Positions 1 to 8,781 of a stretch of 64,000 nt of DNA are shown in pieces; position 1 is the stretch's first letter, and the number at the start of each line of letters is the position of its first letter. Below the pieces are notes generated by a model. It was not told the DNA's origin. It ran no database searches and saw only the letters and a program-made list of their open reading frames with translations. The stretch is from IMG/VR virus record IMGVR_UViG_3300028837_000933, positions 1 through 64,000 of that record, one strand, 5' to 3'. A program made the translations under genes and the position numbers. This DNA is from a virus.

Positions 1-2
1 AG

Positions 3-323
3 CGCGAGATCGAGTTCAGCAACGAGGAGTTCGCTGGTCTGGCAGCCGTTGCCAACGAGCGAAGTCTAACAGGCCGCGAGATCGAGCGCTGCGTCAAGGC
101 ATCCAAGCGCCGATGCTATAAGACCGACTTTGACCTGTTCGATGCCCTGATCAACGCGCTAAAGCAGATCAAGGGCCTTGCCGCCAGCCGGCCCAAGGAC
201 GTAGAGGCGATCAGGGCCTGGATCGCAGAACACGCCATGGCCGCTTCCAGCGGTGTCGCTCTGAGCGATGACGATGCACCCACCGTGGAAGAGGATGGCG
301 ATCCGGTCGAGTATCTCATGTAG
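3..323 (+). CDS. C-terminal end of Ycf46-like AAA+ ATPase (5' truncated by window)
   Basis: Frame-3 translation by hand: LTGREIERCVKA...ALKQIKGLAASRPKDVEAIRAW...AAS resembles the lid/C-terminus of Ycf46-type AAA ATPases; followed by DUF1257- and DUF2997-like genes as usual for this family. Confidence 0.65.
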   Translation, partial: REIEFSNEEFAGLAAVANERSLTGREIERCVKASKRRCYKTDFDLFDALINALKQIKGLAASRPKDVEAIRAWIAEHAMAASSGVALSDDDAPTVEEDGDPVEYLM

Positions 324-327
324 TCAA

Positions 328-360
328 GGCCAGGGCGGGCAACGCCCGCCCCGGTCTTTA
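328..360 (+). terminator. GC-rich hairpin, possible intrinsic terminator/processing site
   Basis: GGGCGGGC-AAC-GCCCGCCC (333-351) just after the stop codon, followed by a weak T-rich tail. Confidence 0.45.
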
Positions 361-428
361 TCGTTTCGGTCAATCGAAACCGTGTTTTTGCGTTAGATAG
401 ATACCACAGAGAAAGGGAGGGTGAACCA

Positions 429-884
429 ATGTCCGAATACGTTGAGATCAAGGTCAGCTACACCGACCGCCAGATCCTGGCTGATGCTATCGCCAAGGTC
501 TGCGCCGAGATGGGCGTGGCGCTGGAAGTACACGATACGCCCAAGAAACTGGTCGGCTGGAAAGGCCGCCAGCGGTCCCAGACCGCCGAGTTCATCGTTC
601 GCCAGAACCAGCTGAACACATCGAGCAACGACATGGGTTGGGGCTTGCGCGAGGATGGAACCTACGGGGTTCACGTGTCCGCCTATGACCAGTCCGAGAG
701 GATGATCGCCCGCCAGCTGGCCGATGCGGTAGACGTGGAGTACACGACCGCAGAGATCAAGCGACAGATCGCCGCGAACCCTGACGTGTTCTACGGCGCC
801 CAGGTACACGTCGAGGACGTGGCCACGGGCGGGGTGAACATCGTCATCAAGGGTGTCGAGGTCAAAGCAGGGGGAGGGTGGTAG
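429..884 (+). CDS. DUF1257/Ycf35-like protein
   Basis: MSEYVEIKVSYTDRQILADA...LVGWKG...AEFIVR...SNDMGW...DGTY pattern; GGGAGG RBS. Confidence 0.7.
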   Translation: MSEYVEIKVSYTDRQILADAIAKVCAEMGVALEVHDTPKKLVGWKGRQRSQTAEFIVRQNQLNTSSNDMGWGLREDGTYGVHVSAYDQSERMIARQLADAVDVEYTTAEIKRQIAANPDVFYGAQVHVEDVATGGVNIVIKGVEVKAGGGW

Positions 885-886
885 CC

Positions 887-1078
887 ATGGACAAGACAAT
901 CACTATCGAGGTCCGACCGTTCGAGCCAGTCAGTGTTGACTTGGAAGGTTTCCAGGGCCAGGGCTGCAAAGGCGTGGCCGACCTGTTCGCCAAGCTAGGC
1001 GAGGAGACCAAGCGCACCACCAAGCCCGAGTTCTATGGCGTGGGTGAGTCCCACGTGGATACGACCATCGGCCTGTAG
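887..1078 (+). CDS. DUF2997-like small protein
   Basis: ITIEV...VDLEGFQGQGC...LG...KPEFY signature; third member of the triad. Confidence 0.75.
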   Translation: MDKTITIEVRPFEPVSVDLEGFQGQGCKGVADLFAKLGEETKRTTKPEFYGVGESHVDTTIGL

Positions 1079-1173
1079 TACAATCGAGACTGTTGCCCCT
1101 GGCGTCTTTGACGCCGGGGGCTTCAGTGGTTGGGTGGCAGGACGGATCGCCAGCCACGAAACGAGGCGACTTT

Positions 1174-1767
1174 ATGGAAGACGTACACGCCGGAGCCCGT
1201 CTCAAGGCACGAGTGCGCCTTGAGACCGCTAACGTGCCCGCGTCCACGGCCAACAACAAGCCCAGCGAAAAGCTCGACCGAGCTGCCCGATTGCTCGCTG
1301 AGATGCCAGAAACCGCCCCGGTCTTACTGACTGACGTGCCGTTTGTGAGTGCTTTGGTCAGTGGTTTCCTGCACCTGTTTGCTGATGGGTTGCCCAACGC
1401 CTTCGATGGCTGGGAGGGCAAGACGCTACAGGGCATCCGGCTGGAGAAAGACGGCTCCAGAATCGTCCTATTGCCCGTTGACAGAGAAAGCGGCGCCCCT
1501 GGTTATATCCGGTTTTTCAGTTCGGGCCTAGTTGGCATACCCATGAGCACCGTCCCGCAGGAGAATTGGCTCCACCAACCCGTTGCGGGCTACCGCGCAC
1601 TGGCGCAATACGAGGCGGCTTATGTGCCGGCCAAGGGGCCGACCGTTGGCGTGTTCCTGTTCAATGGTCACGCGTTCGTCCCGATGGGCGATGACACGGG
1701 CGGCGGCTTTGCCGTGATGATCGATGATGAGTTTGCTGGCGTCTTACTGGCTGAGGAGGCCGAATGA
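1174..1767 (+). CDS. hypothetical protein
   Basis: ORF with GAGG upstream of ATG 1174; ATGA overlap with next gene. Confidence 0.6.
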   Translation: MEDVHAGARLKARVRLETANVPASTANNKPSEKLDRAARLLAEMPETAPVLLTDVPFVSALVSGFLHLFADGLPNAFDGWEGKTLQGIRLEKDGSRIVLLPVDRESGAPGYIRFFSSGLVGIPMSTVPQENWLHQPVAGYRALAQYEAAYVPAKGPTVGVFLFNGHAFVPMGDDTGGGFAVMIDDEFAGVLLAEEAE

Positions 1768-2138
1768 CAGAAAAGACAGAGCAGTTGCCGTGGTGGAAAG
1801 AGGACTTGATCACGTTGCGCCAGATGGTTGGCCACGCTGGAGACTGGCTACTCGTTCCCGTGGATCTTGCGCTGCTGACGCTTGTGTTCCCTGGTCTCGT
1901 TGCGCTGTCCAAGCGTCTCGACAACAAGCGTTTCAGCCACATCGTGGCGAATATGGTGTTCACATGGACTGTATTCCGCATCGGCTTCGAGACACTCGAA
2001 GAGGCCATGGTGGAAGATGGTGACTTTGTGTTGCTGCGCGTGTATCACGATGACCAGGGCGCCCACCGAGTCTACCAGCACCACGAGGACGGCGGAGAGG
2101 TGACCATCACCGAACGGAGACACAGCCGTTCCCCATAA
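1764..2138 (+). CDS. hypothetical protein
   Basis: GGAGG RBS, coupled to upstream gene. Confidence 0.6.
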   Translation: MTEKTEQLPWWKEDLITLRQMVGHAGDWLLVPVDLALLTLVFPGLVALSKRLDNKRFSHIVANMVFTWTVFRIGFETLEEAMVEDGDFVLLRVYHDDQGAHRVYQHHEDGGEVTITERRHSRSP

Positions 2139-2175
2139 ATTACACCAATGCGAGTTATCCCGCATTTCCGATTTT
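2137..2175. promoter_or_regulatory. bipartite motif copy 1 (AAATTACACC-N17-ATTTCCGATTTT)
   Basis: Same two boxes recur at 15667-15704 with a 16-nt spacer. Confidence 0.55.
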
Positions 2176-2233
2176 AGTCCGAGATAGTCCGACATTTGTC
2201 AGAGGTAATCCGACAGTGACCGAGAGTGGCCGA
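2168..2233. repeat. helically phased CCGA direct repeats
   Basis: CCGA at 2168, 2179, 2189, (CAGA 2200), 2210, 2220, 2230: spacing 10-11 bp. Confidence 0.7.
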
Positions 2234-2234
2234 A

Positions 2235-2564
2235 ATGAACTCAAAAATGTGCTCATACGTTGGGCAGTATCGAATAGCCGATGCAGCGGTGCAAAGGCGT
2301 GTCGACCAATTCACCAATCGCAACATCGGGCGCCATTCCGCCGAGACGGATGGGTTAGGCCAGATTTGCGAACATCCCACGACCTTCCGCAAGCGCGTGA
2401 CTTGCCCTGTCTGCAAGCGCCGCATGAAGGCCGACACCAAGTTTGGACCCGATGCCGTGCTTATGTGGCGCGTCCCGCCCCACAAGCGCAAGGGCTGGTG
2501 GAAACGCAACAGGCACAAGCGCAAGAAAGCTCAATCCCGTTACCATAGGAACCGCAAACAATGA
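2235..2564 (+). CDS. small basic Cys/His protein (start uncertain)
   Basis: CEH...CPVC...H plus basic tail; ATGA overlap with the ParB-like gene. Confidence 0.5.
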   Translation: MNSKMCSYVGQYRIADAAVQRRVDQFTNRNIGRHSAETDGLGQICEHPTTFRKRVTCPVCKRRMKADTKFGPDAVLMWRVPPHKRKGWWKRNRHKRKKAQSRYHRNRKQ

Positions 2565-4564
2565 CAGATGAACTAACAACCATCGACACCACCGCAGAGT
2601 TCTTGCACGTCCATTCTGGACAGATGCGCACGTTCATGGACGAGGCGGAGCTGATCTCACTGGTCTGGAGCATCTACCATCGAGGGCTTACCCCCGACCA
2701 GCCCATCATCGCCGCCCCACGCGATAATGGGACCAGCTACGATTGCATCAGCGGCCACCGCCGCTTCCTGGCCTACTTGCTCGCCGCCCGCCTACGCGAC
2801 TCTCTCGCTGGTGGAGAGACCGACTACGAGGACATCCATGGCCTTGTAGAGCACTACAACGAAAGGCCGGGCGGGCTCATAGCCGCCTACGAGCCCCTCA
2901 AGGAAATGTACGCCGCTCTACCTCTTCGGCTCGTTCTGTTCGAGGGCAATGAGCGCGACCAGCAGCTGGCCATCATCAGCCACAATTTCGGCTCGGAGCA
3001 CCCCGACCTACTCGGCCAGGCGCGAGCCTTCGCCCGTGCTCTCAAACTCGGTTCAACAGTCAAGACGATCAGCCACAACGCAAGCGTCACACCCGCATAC
3101 GTCCGGAGCCTTGTTGCGATCACCGAACTACCCGAAAGCATCCAAACCCTGATCGGTGAGCGCCGTGTGGCCGTGGGAGCGGGCAAGGCAATCACGCAGC
3201 TACGGGCGGACAAGCAAGCTGGCGTGTGCAAGATGATCGAGTACCAGGGCTCCATCACCTTAGAAGTCATCCAGCGTGTCTGCAAGAACCTCAAAGACTG
3301 GGACGGTTTCCCTCTCCCGCTCGAGGCCCCGTCTCCAAAGATGTACCACCTACCTAGGCTGCTCAACGAGATATGGCAAGAGGCAGTGGTAGCCGACTCC
3401 TCTCAAGCCTGGGCCATCGCGGCCAACATCGCCCGCTGGCACGGCTGGAAAACCTCTCTATACGAGACAGATTGGATCGAGGGCCTTCTCACCGAGGACT
3501 ACATCACACAGGACATCTACCGCCGTAAGTCACCCAACTTCAAGCTCCTTCTACCCGAGTACTTGCCCCACATCACGTGCCAGGAATGCCCGCTAGGCAA
3601 ACTCCCCAAGTACCAACTGCATGAGGATCTGCCACCAGCGCAGTTCCCGTGCCGTGCCAAGAAGGAAGGCCCCTGCATCAATGCACCCATGGACGGAGCC
3701 CCGTTCATTGTTGAGGCGCCCCACTCCTGGCAGTCCCTACCCGGCCTCATCGATCAGACCAGCCACCGCGTTGTGATCTCCAGTCCCGAACTAATGGTTC
3801 AGGCTTGGAACGAGCAACACGGCAGGGAAGATGGCGAGCGTGAGCAAGACCTAGGAGTCTACGATGCCGTGGCCACAGGCAAACGGCCCATCGATAAGTT
3901 CCGTGCCGAGATCCGCCATTTCATGCAAAACCACACGGAGCTTTGGACCGAACACCCGCTGGCTACACCTTGCGGCGATTGCGTCCATATTCGCGAGGAT
4001 TCACCCACAAACGACCCAGACCTACCTTTCTGCGAGTGGGCCGCCCGGATGCGCAAAGCCGAGTTCTACGTCCGGAACCCCGAAGGTTTTGGCAAACCCA
4101 TTCCCGTTTGCCGACAGTACCAGCCCATCCCCGATGCCACATGGGAAGCGCTATTGCCGTCAACACCAGCGCCCGATCTCCCGCGGAAATGGATGCTGGA
4201 ACAGATCCGCCGCATGACCTTTCAGCTGAACCAGCAGCATCACCAACACTCGGCATCCGGCCGGCGCACGATGCTGGAGAGCTTCACCGGACGCCCAATG
4301 GTCAAGACCGTAGACCACTCTGGGTGGTTTGTCGAGCAACTTGAGGCGCACGAAGAGGCCCTGACCACGGAGCAACTCTGGACACTCACCCTGTTCGTCA
4401 CCTCTGACTGGCAGGCCATGACGCGCAGCCCAACCGGCGAGCACTACGAGCGCACATCAAGGTATCTGCTACTGGTAGACGGCCAGCCTCTATGGCACAA
4501 GGATGTCCCCTGGTTCGATTGGTGGAAAGCGTTCAAGAAGCAAGAGAAGGAGGATGCAGAATGA
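2561..4564 (+). CDS. ParB/Spo0J-like protein with extended Cys-rich C-terminus
   Basis: GL...QPII...YDCISGHRRFLA ParB motif, then HTH-like region and ELPESIQTLI; CxxC clusters downstream. Confidence 0.8.
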   Translation: MTDELTTIDTTAEFLHVHSGQMRTFMDEAELISLVWSIYHRGLTPDQPIIAAPRDNGTSYDCISGHRRFLAYLLAARLRDSLAGGETDYEDIHGLVEHYNERPGGLIAAYEPLKEMYAALPLRLVLFEGNERDQQLAIISHNFGSEHPDLLGQARAFARALKLGSTVKTISHNASVTPAYVRSLVAITELPESIQTLIGERRVAVGAGKAITQLRADKQAGVCKMIEYQGSITLEVIQRVCKNLKDWDGFPLPLEAPSPKMYHLPRLLNEIWQEAVVADSSQAWAIAANIARWHGWKTSLYETDWIEGLLTEDYITQDIYRRKSPNFKLLLPEYLPHITCQECPLGKLPKYQLHEDLPPAQFPCRAKKEGPCINAPMDGAPFIVEAPHSWQSLPGLIDQTSHRVVISSPELMVQAWNEQHGREDGEREQDLGVYDAVATGKRPIDKFRAEIRHFMQNHTELWTEHPLATPCGDCVHIREDSPTNDPDLPFCEWAARMRKAEFYVRNPEGFGKPIPVCRQYQPIPDATWEALLPSTPAPDLPRKWMLEQIRRMTFQLNQQHHQHSASGRRTMLESFTGRPMVKTVDHSGWFVEQLEAHEEALTTEQLWTLTLFVTSDWQAMTRSPTGEHYERTSRYLLLVDGQPLWHKDVPWFDWWKAFKKQEKEDAE

Positions 4565-4794
4565 AGGTTCGACTGGCAAGCCAAGAGACAACCGCCGCAA
4601 GCGATGTGGGTGGCACGCCACATGCCGTCCGGGCCGGGTTGGACGTTGTCCTAGAGGCCAAGCCGGGATGGGACGGCGTGCAGCTTTCGCTTGCAGACCC
4701 GAACAACGCGCCAGAATACTCGCGGACGTTCACGGTGAATCCGCGTGAACTCTCCGCGGCCGCGGAGATGTTAGAAGTTGTCTGCGCTGACTGA
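4561..4794 (+). CDS. hypothetical protein
   Basis: GGAGG RBS, ATGA overlap. Confidence 0.55.
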   Translation: MKVRLASQETTAASDVGGTPHAVRAGLDVVLEAKPGWDGVQLSLADPNNAPEYSRTFTVNPRELSAAAEMLEVVCAD

Positions 4795-5029
4795 CGACAC
4801 TTCAACGGCAGACGACTGGGCCGAGGCCCAGGTAATGACGATGACCTATGTCGATTGCTCTTGGTGCGGTACGCGGTCTTACTTCGAGGGCGACCCGTGC
4901 GAGGTCATCTGTCCAGATTGCGGAGGTCACTCTTTCCGCGACTCCTCCGGCGAGTGGCCCAAGGGAAACCTACTTGTGGCTACGATCAACGATCACGCCG
5001 CACCGCCCCAAGGCACGAGGACTGAGTAA
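4778..5029 (+). CDS. small zinc-ribbon protein
   Basis: CSWC...CPDC. Confidence 0.5.
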   Translation: MSALTDDTSTADDWAEAQVMTMTYVDCSWCGTRSYFEGDPCEVICPDCGGHSFRDSSGEWPKGNLLVATINDHAAPPQGTRTE

Positions 5030-5030
5030 C

Positions 5031-5276
5031 ATGAGAAAGCTATGGTCTACCATCGATTATAAGTTCCATACGCTCTTGATACGACTCGAACTCTGGTTGC
5101 GTCAGTCCGTTTGCTCTCACTATTGGCACTGCGAGGCAAGGCCAATACCTGTGAGCCACAATCAAGTCGAACTATTCAGGCGGCGGCCCAATCTCACTAC
5201 CTGGTGGTGTGAGAAGTGCGGTAAGCGCATCATCAAAAGCCGGGAGTGGATTCCGCTCAACTACATACACCGATAG
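5031..5276 (+). CDS. hypothetical protein (CxH...CxxC)
   Basis: GAGGA RBS; CSHYW...CEKCGK. Confidence 0.5.
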   Translation: MRKLWSTIDYKFHTLLIRLELWLRQSVCSHYWHCEARPIPVSHNQVELFRRRPNLTTWWCEKCGKRIIKSREWIPLNYIHR

Positions 5277-5277
5277 G

Positions 5278-5523
5278 ATGGCATTCTATACATGGGTGCC
5301 CTACACGTGGGCCTATCAGCAAGCGCAGTTGGACTTCCCGCCGTACAAGCGAAGGCGAGTTCATGTGCTGGACGAGTATCTAAACTGGGGCGAGAGAACC
5401 CTGTGCGGCTTGTTCACTACAGGCGGCGAATGGGGCGACAAGGTTACAGAGATGGACGGTAAGGACTACCAATGCAAGCGGTGCGTAGCGGCGTTGCGGG
5501 AAAGGATGCAGCGTGGAAAATGA
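5278..5523 (+). CDS. hypothetical protein
   Basis: H...TLCG...CKRC motif common in small phage proteins; packs tightly between neighbours. Confidence 0.5.
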   Translation: MAFYTWVPYTWAYQQAQLDFPPYKRRRVHVLDEYLNWGERTLCGLFTTGGEWGDKVTEMDGKDYQCKRCVAALRERMQRGK

Positions 5524-6775
5524 GTTCACGGTCGGCTCTCTCTACTCTGGAATTGGAGGGCTCGACTTAGGCTTAGGACGCGCCGGCATGATCACCATCT
5601 GGCAGGTCGAGCAGGACAAATGGCGTCGACGAGTTCTGGCAAAGCACTGGCCAAACGTAGATCGGAGCATCACGGATGACAGGAAAGCAGGCATCGAAAC
5701 CCTACCAACAGTCGACCTTATTGCCGGAGGCTTCCCTTGCCAATCTCACAGTGTGGCCGGGAAGCAAAGAGGCGCAGACGATGACCGCAACCGCTGGCCA
5801 GAGATGCTCCGTATCATTTCCGAACTCCAGCCCCGGTGGGTTCTTGCCGAGAATGTTCCTGGAATCATCAGTACCGGCTATCTCGAAACGGTGCTATCTG
5901 ACCTGGAGGGCGCGGGATATTGGGCATGGCCGATTGCTGTTCCTGCTGTGGCCTTCAATGCCCAACATCCAAGACTACGGATCTTCATTGTGGCCCACTC
6001 CCAAGAAGGGTGGCGGACGGAACTCGCGACAGGCCATCATAGACAAGAAAGGTGGCGGCAAACACAAATCGAGCTTGGCCTTGGAGCAAGCGGTGGAAGT
6101 GGCGGACGGGATCTTGCCGAGGGAACTGGAAGCGATCGACGAGCTTCCACCGAAGTACAGGGAGATGTTTCCGACTCCGAGGAACTCGCCAGCGATGGTG
6201 TACGGCACCGAGGACCAAGTACGGCGGACGGTGGAGAGGGACGGTTACAAGAGTCGGCTGGAAGAGGCCGTGATGTGGCCACCGACTCAGGATGCGGAAG
6301 GCACAGGGGGCCAAGCGAGGCCGCCAAGAGCGACAGCCGAGCGCCGGGAGGAGTATCTCAAACGAATGGCTCTCTGGCGCACACCCCAGGCGAGGGACTG
6401 GAAGAACGCGAGGAACCCAAAGAAATGGCTGGATGGCAACAGGCAGCCCGGCCTGGGCGACCAAGTGCGCGTGACGATAGAAAACCCGACCACGGTCGCG
6501 GAGAGGAACGGCCAGCTGAACGCCGACTGGGTCGAGGCGCTCATGGGATTCCCGCTCGGTTGGACGGACTTGACTTTGGTGGATGGACAGTCCCCGACCA
6601 CTGGCCAGACTCCTGGGAAGAAGGCATCCCCCGCATCGTCCAGCCAGGCGGCCTCAAGTATCGAAGACAGCGGCTCGAGGCCCTAGGCGATGCAGTCGTG
6701 CCCATTGTGGCGGAATGGATCGGTAGGCACATACTCGCCGCCGACAAGGTGTTACGAAACGTAGGAACTTCTTAG
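5513..6775 (+). CDS. DNA (cytosine-5) methyltransferase, alpha-type polypeptide
   Basis: Motif I SLYSGIGG, IV GGFPCQ, VI ENVPG, VIII RLRIFIV, X RLEALGDAVVP; motif IX not evident in this frame. Confidence 0.9.
   Translation: MENEFTVGSLYSGIGGLDLGLGRAGMITIWQVEQDKWRRRVLAKHWPNVDRSITDDRKAGIETLPTVDLIAGGFPCQSHSVAGKQRGADDDRNRWPEMLRIISELQPRWVLAENVPGIISTGYLETVLSDLEGAGYWAWPIAVPAVAFNAQHPRLRIFIVAHSQEGWRTELATGHHRQERWRQTQIELGLGASGGSGGRDLAEGTGSDRRASTEVQGDVSDSEELASDGVRHRGPSTADGGEGRLQESAGRGRDVATDSGCGRHRGPSEAAKSDSRAPGGVSQTNGSLAHTPGEGLEEREEPKEMAGWQQAARPGRPSARDDRKPDHGRGEERPAERRLGRGAHGIPARLDGLDFGGWTVPDHWPDSWEEGIPRIVQPGGLKYRRQRLEALGDAVVPIVAEWIGRHILAADKVLRNVGTS
5676..6686 (+). CDS. overprinted methyltransferase beta-type polypeptide (M.EcoHK31I beta-like)
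   Basis: 336-aa ORF nested in the +1 frame, with repeated (W/F)xTP units and motif IX-like GQLNADWVEALMGFPLGWT. Confidence 0.75.
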   Translation: MTGKQASKPYQQSTLLPEASLANLTVWPGSKEAQTMTATAGQRCSVSFPNSSPGGFLPRMFLESSVPAISKRCYLTWRARDIGHGRLLFLLWPSMPNIQDYGSSLWPTPKKGGGRNSRQAIIDKKGGGKHKSSLALEQAVEVADGILPRELEAIDELPPKYREMFPTPRNSPAMVYGTEDQVRRTVERDGYKSRLEEAVMWPPTQDAEGTGGQARPPRATAERREEYLKRMALWRTPQARDWKNARNPKKWLDGNRQPGLGDQVRVTIENPTTVAERNGQLNADWVEALMGFPLGWTDLTLVDGQSPTTGQTPGKKASPASSSQAASSIEDSGSRP

Positions 6776-6796
6776 GATTACCATAGGAAACGTAAC
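6751..6796. promoter_or_regulatory. phased TAGGA repeats within GTTACG...CGTAAC inverted repeat
   Basis: TAGGA at 6762, 6773, 6784; TTACCATAGGAA (6778-6789) is also at 2540-2551. Confidence 0.4.
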
Positions 6797-6807
6797 AAGG
6801 AGGAACG

Positions 6808-7101
6808 ATGGACGAGCCACAGGTTGTTGACTTCATTGACCAATTCTGCGAGGCGTTGCGCCAGCAACTCCTAGAGGACGCCGAGCGCCACGGCAGCACT
6901 TGGCTGGAACTGAACCGCAAGGATCAAGTCTTTCGCATTCGCGACCGCCTAGACCAGTACTTCCACGAATGGGTCGTAGGCGGAGGCGTCAACGGTCCAG
7001 ATTATCCCTGGCTCAAAGGCGCTGGCAACATGATGATCGGCTGGATTCGCGACAACTTCCCTGGACTATCTGCGTGCTGGTCCGATGAAGACGTTAGTTG
7101 A
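6808..7101 (+). CDS. small all-alpha protein, possibly MazG/dNTP-pyrophosphatase-related
   Basis: AAGGAGG RBS; only loose resemblance (L..D.ERHG.TW...AGNMMI.W). Confidence 0.4.
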   Translation: MDEPQVVDFIDQFCEALRQQLLEDAERHGSTWLELNRKDQVFRIRDRLDQYFHEWVVGGGVNGPDYPWLKGAGNMMIGWIRDNFPGLSACWSDEDVS

Positions 7102-7147
7102 CGCCCATCTAGCCCACCTAGCGCGGCGAGCGCTGGAAGGAGACAAC

Positions 7148-7399
7148 ATGAAAAGCGGTGAAACGTTCATGGTAAGCGAGGAGTGCGACCAGGCTCTCCA
7201 GGCCACGATCAGCAATCTGGAAGGCGCCTACTCGGCGTTCGAGGTGGCGTCCAAACGAATCGCCCACGAGCGGAAGAACCTATTCAGGATCATCCGCGAG
7301 AACCATCCGGAGCTGGAGGGACACGAGTTCAGCACCGACAGGAAGGATGGAAAGATCGAGGTCACGGTCATGTGGCACGATGACGGGCCAGGATCATGA
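7148..7399 (+). CDS. hypothetical protein
   Basis: AAGGAG RBS; ATGA overlap with next gene. Confidence 0.55.
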   Translation: MKSGETFMVSEECDQALQATISNLEGAYSAFEVASKRIAHERKNLFRIIRENHPELEGHEFSTDRKDGKIEVTVMWHDDGPGS

Positions 7400-8781
7400 G
7401 AGTAGGAGTACACGGCAGAAATGCCACAAACTACGAGGAAGCCGACTTTGAACTCATAGAGCGAGCCAAGATAGACCAGATGGTCGTGATGAGCTTCACT
7501 GAGCCGGCGAACCTCCAGCGTATCCGCACGATCCGCCCGGACTTGGAGTTTCTCATCCGGCTCTATACGGGCGGCTTTGGGCCGGGACATCATCCCGGCG
7601 CTATGCGCTTCTGCTCTGAAGTCATCCCGCAAGTCGCTAGGCTCCAGCCCTTTGCCAAGCGCTTCCAAATCCACAACGAGCCCAACCATGCCCACGGCAC
7701 GGAAGGATGGGACGCAAGCAACGCCTCTGCCAAGGACTTTGCCGCCTGGTACGACACGGCGTTCACAATCTTGAAGTCAGAGTTCCCGCATCTCCAGTTC
7801 GGCTTCCCTGGCTTGGCTGTCCCTGGTTTCGTTCACCGCGACTACCAATGGCTGGATATTTGCGCTAGGCAGATCCAAATGAGCGACTTCCTAGGCGCAC
7901 ACGCGTACTGGCAGGGCGTGGACCAGGAAAATATGTGGTCTGATCAGTGGGGTCTGCGATTCAAGAACTATCACAAGCGATTCCCCAACAAGCGCATCGA
8001 ACTGACCGAGGTCGGCAACAGCACGGAGGGCATCGATCCCGAGGTCGTGGCCTACGAGTATCCCAACTACTACTCCGCCCTTATGCACTATCCGTACCTT
8101 GGCGGCGTCTCGCCGTTCATCGCATCCAGTCCCGATCCTCAGTGGGGAGACTTCACATGGCGCTACGAGAATGGCAACATGAAGCCCGTAGTAGAAGCCG
8201 TGGGCTGGCTTCCCAGGATTTTCCCGCCAACGATACCGGAAATCATCAACGTCCGCAACCAGCTACCAGTCAATCGCAAGGCCAAGCCATACGGCCGGCG
8301 TTCTCTGAACCAGCTCCGGTGGATCGTCTTTCACCACAGCGATGCCCCACCGAGCCATCCTGTAGAGCGCGTTGCCTGGTATCACACACGCGTCCGCAAG
8401 TACCGCCGAATCGCTTACCACTTCTACGTTGGCCTAGACTACGTGGATGGCGTGCCGGTAGTCACAATCTACCAAACCAACCGCGTGCGCACGCGGTCCT
8501 GGCACACGGGCGGGGATGCCAACACGTTCGGTATCGGCGTTTGTATCGCAGGCTCGTTTATGAACGGACGCATCCCACACGAACTACAGATCCAAATGGC
8601 CGAAGCCCTATGCGACTATCTGTACTACAAGTTCCCATCGCTCACCATCGACTGCGTCAAACGCCACAAAGACTTCAGGCAGACCGCTTGCCCAGGCAAG
8701 ACTTCAGATCCGCCCGATTCCTGGTACTTCCAGATGGTTGACAGACTCAAGCTCAAATGGAGTAGACACCCAAATGGCTAG
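7396..8781 (+). CDS. putative endolysin: glycoside-hydrolase-like TIM barrel plus Amidase_2 domain
   Basis: HNEPN acid/base and ELTEVG nucleophile-like motifs; amidase IVFHHS, IAYHFYV, WHTG, H...TACPG. Confidence 0.85.
   Translation: MRVGVHGRNATNYEEADFELIERAKIDQMVVMSFTEPANLQRIRTIRPDLEFLIRLYTGGFGPGHHPGAMRFCSEVIPQVARLQPFAKRFQIHNEPNHAHGTEGWDASNASAKDFAAWYDTAFTILKSEFPHLQFGFPGLAVPGFVHRDYQWLDICARQIQMSDFLGAHAYWQGVDQENMWSDQWGLRFKNYHKRFPNKRIELTEVGNSTEGIDPEVVAYEYPNYYSALMHYPYLGGVSPFIASSPDPQWGDFTWRYENGNMKPVVEAVGWLPRIFPPTIPEIINVRNQLPVNRKAKPYGRRSLNQLRWIVFHHSDAPPSHPVERVAWYHTRVRKYRRIAYHFYVGLDYVDGVPVVTIYQTNRVRTRSWHTGGDANTFGIGVCIAGSFMNGRIPHELQIQMAEALCDYLYYKFPSLTIDCVKRHKDFRQTACPGKTSDPPDSWYFQMVDRLKLKWSRHPNG

Noticed and set aside
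7947-8741. 264-aa alternative-frame ORF inside the lysin as a second dual-coding case
   Set aside because: Arg/Pro-rich with no motifs, typical of GC-rich off-frame ORFs, unlike the nested methyltransferase frame
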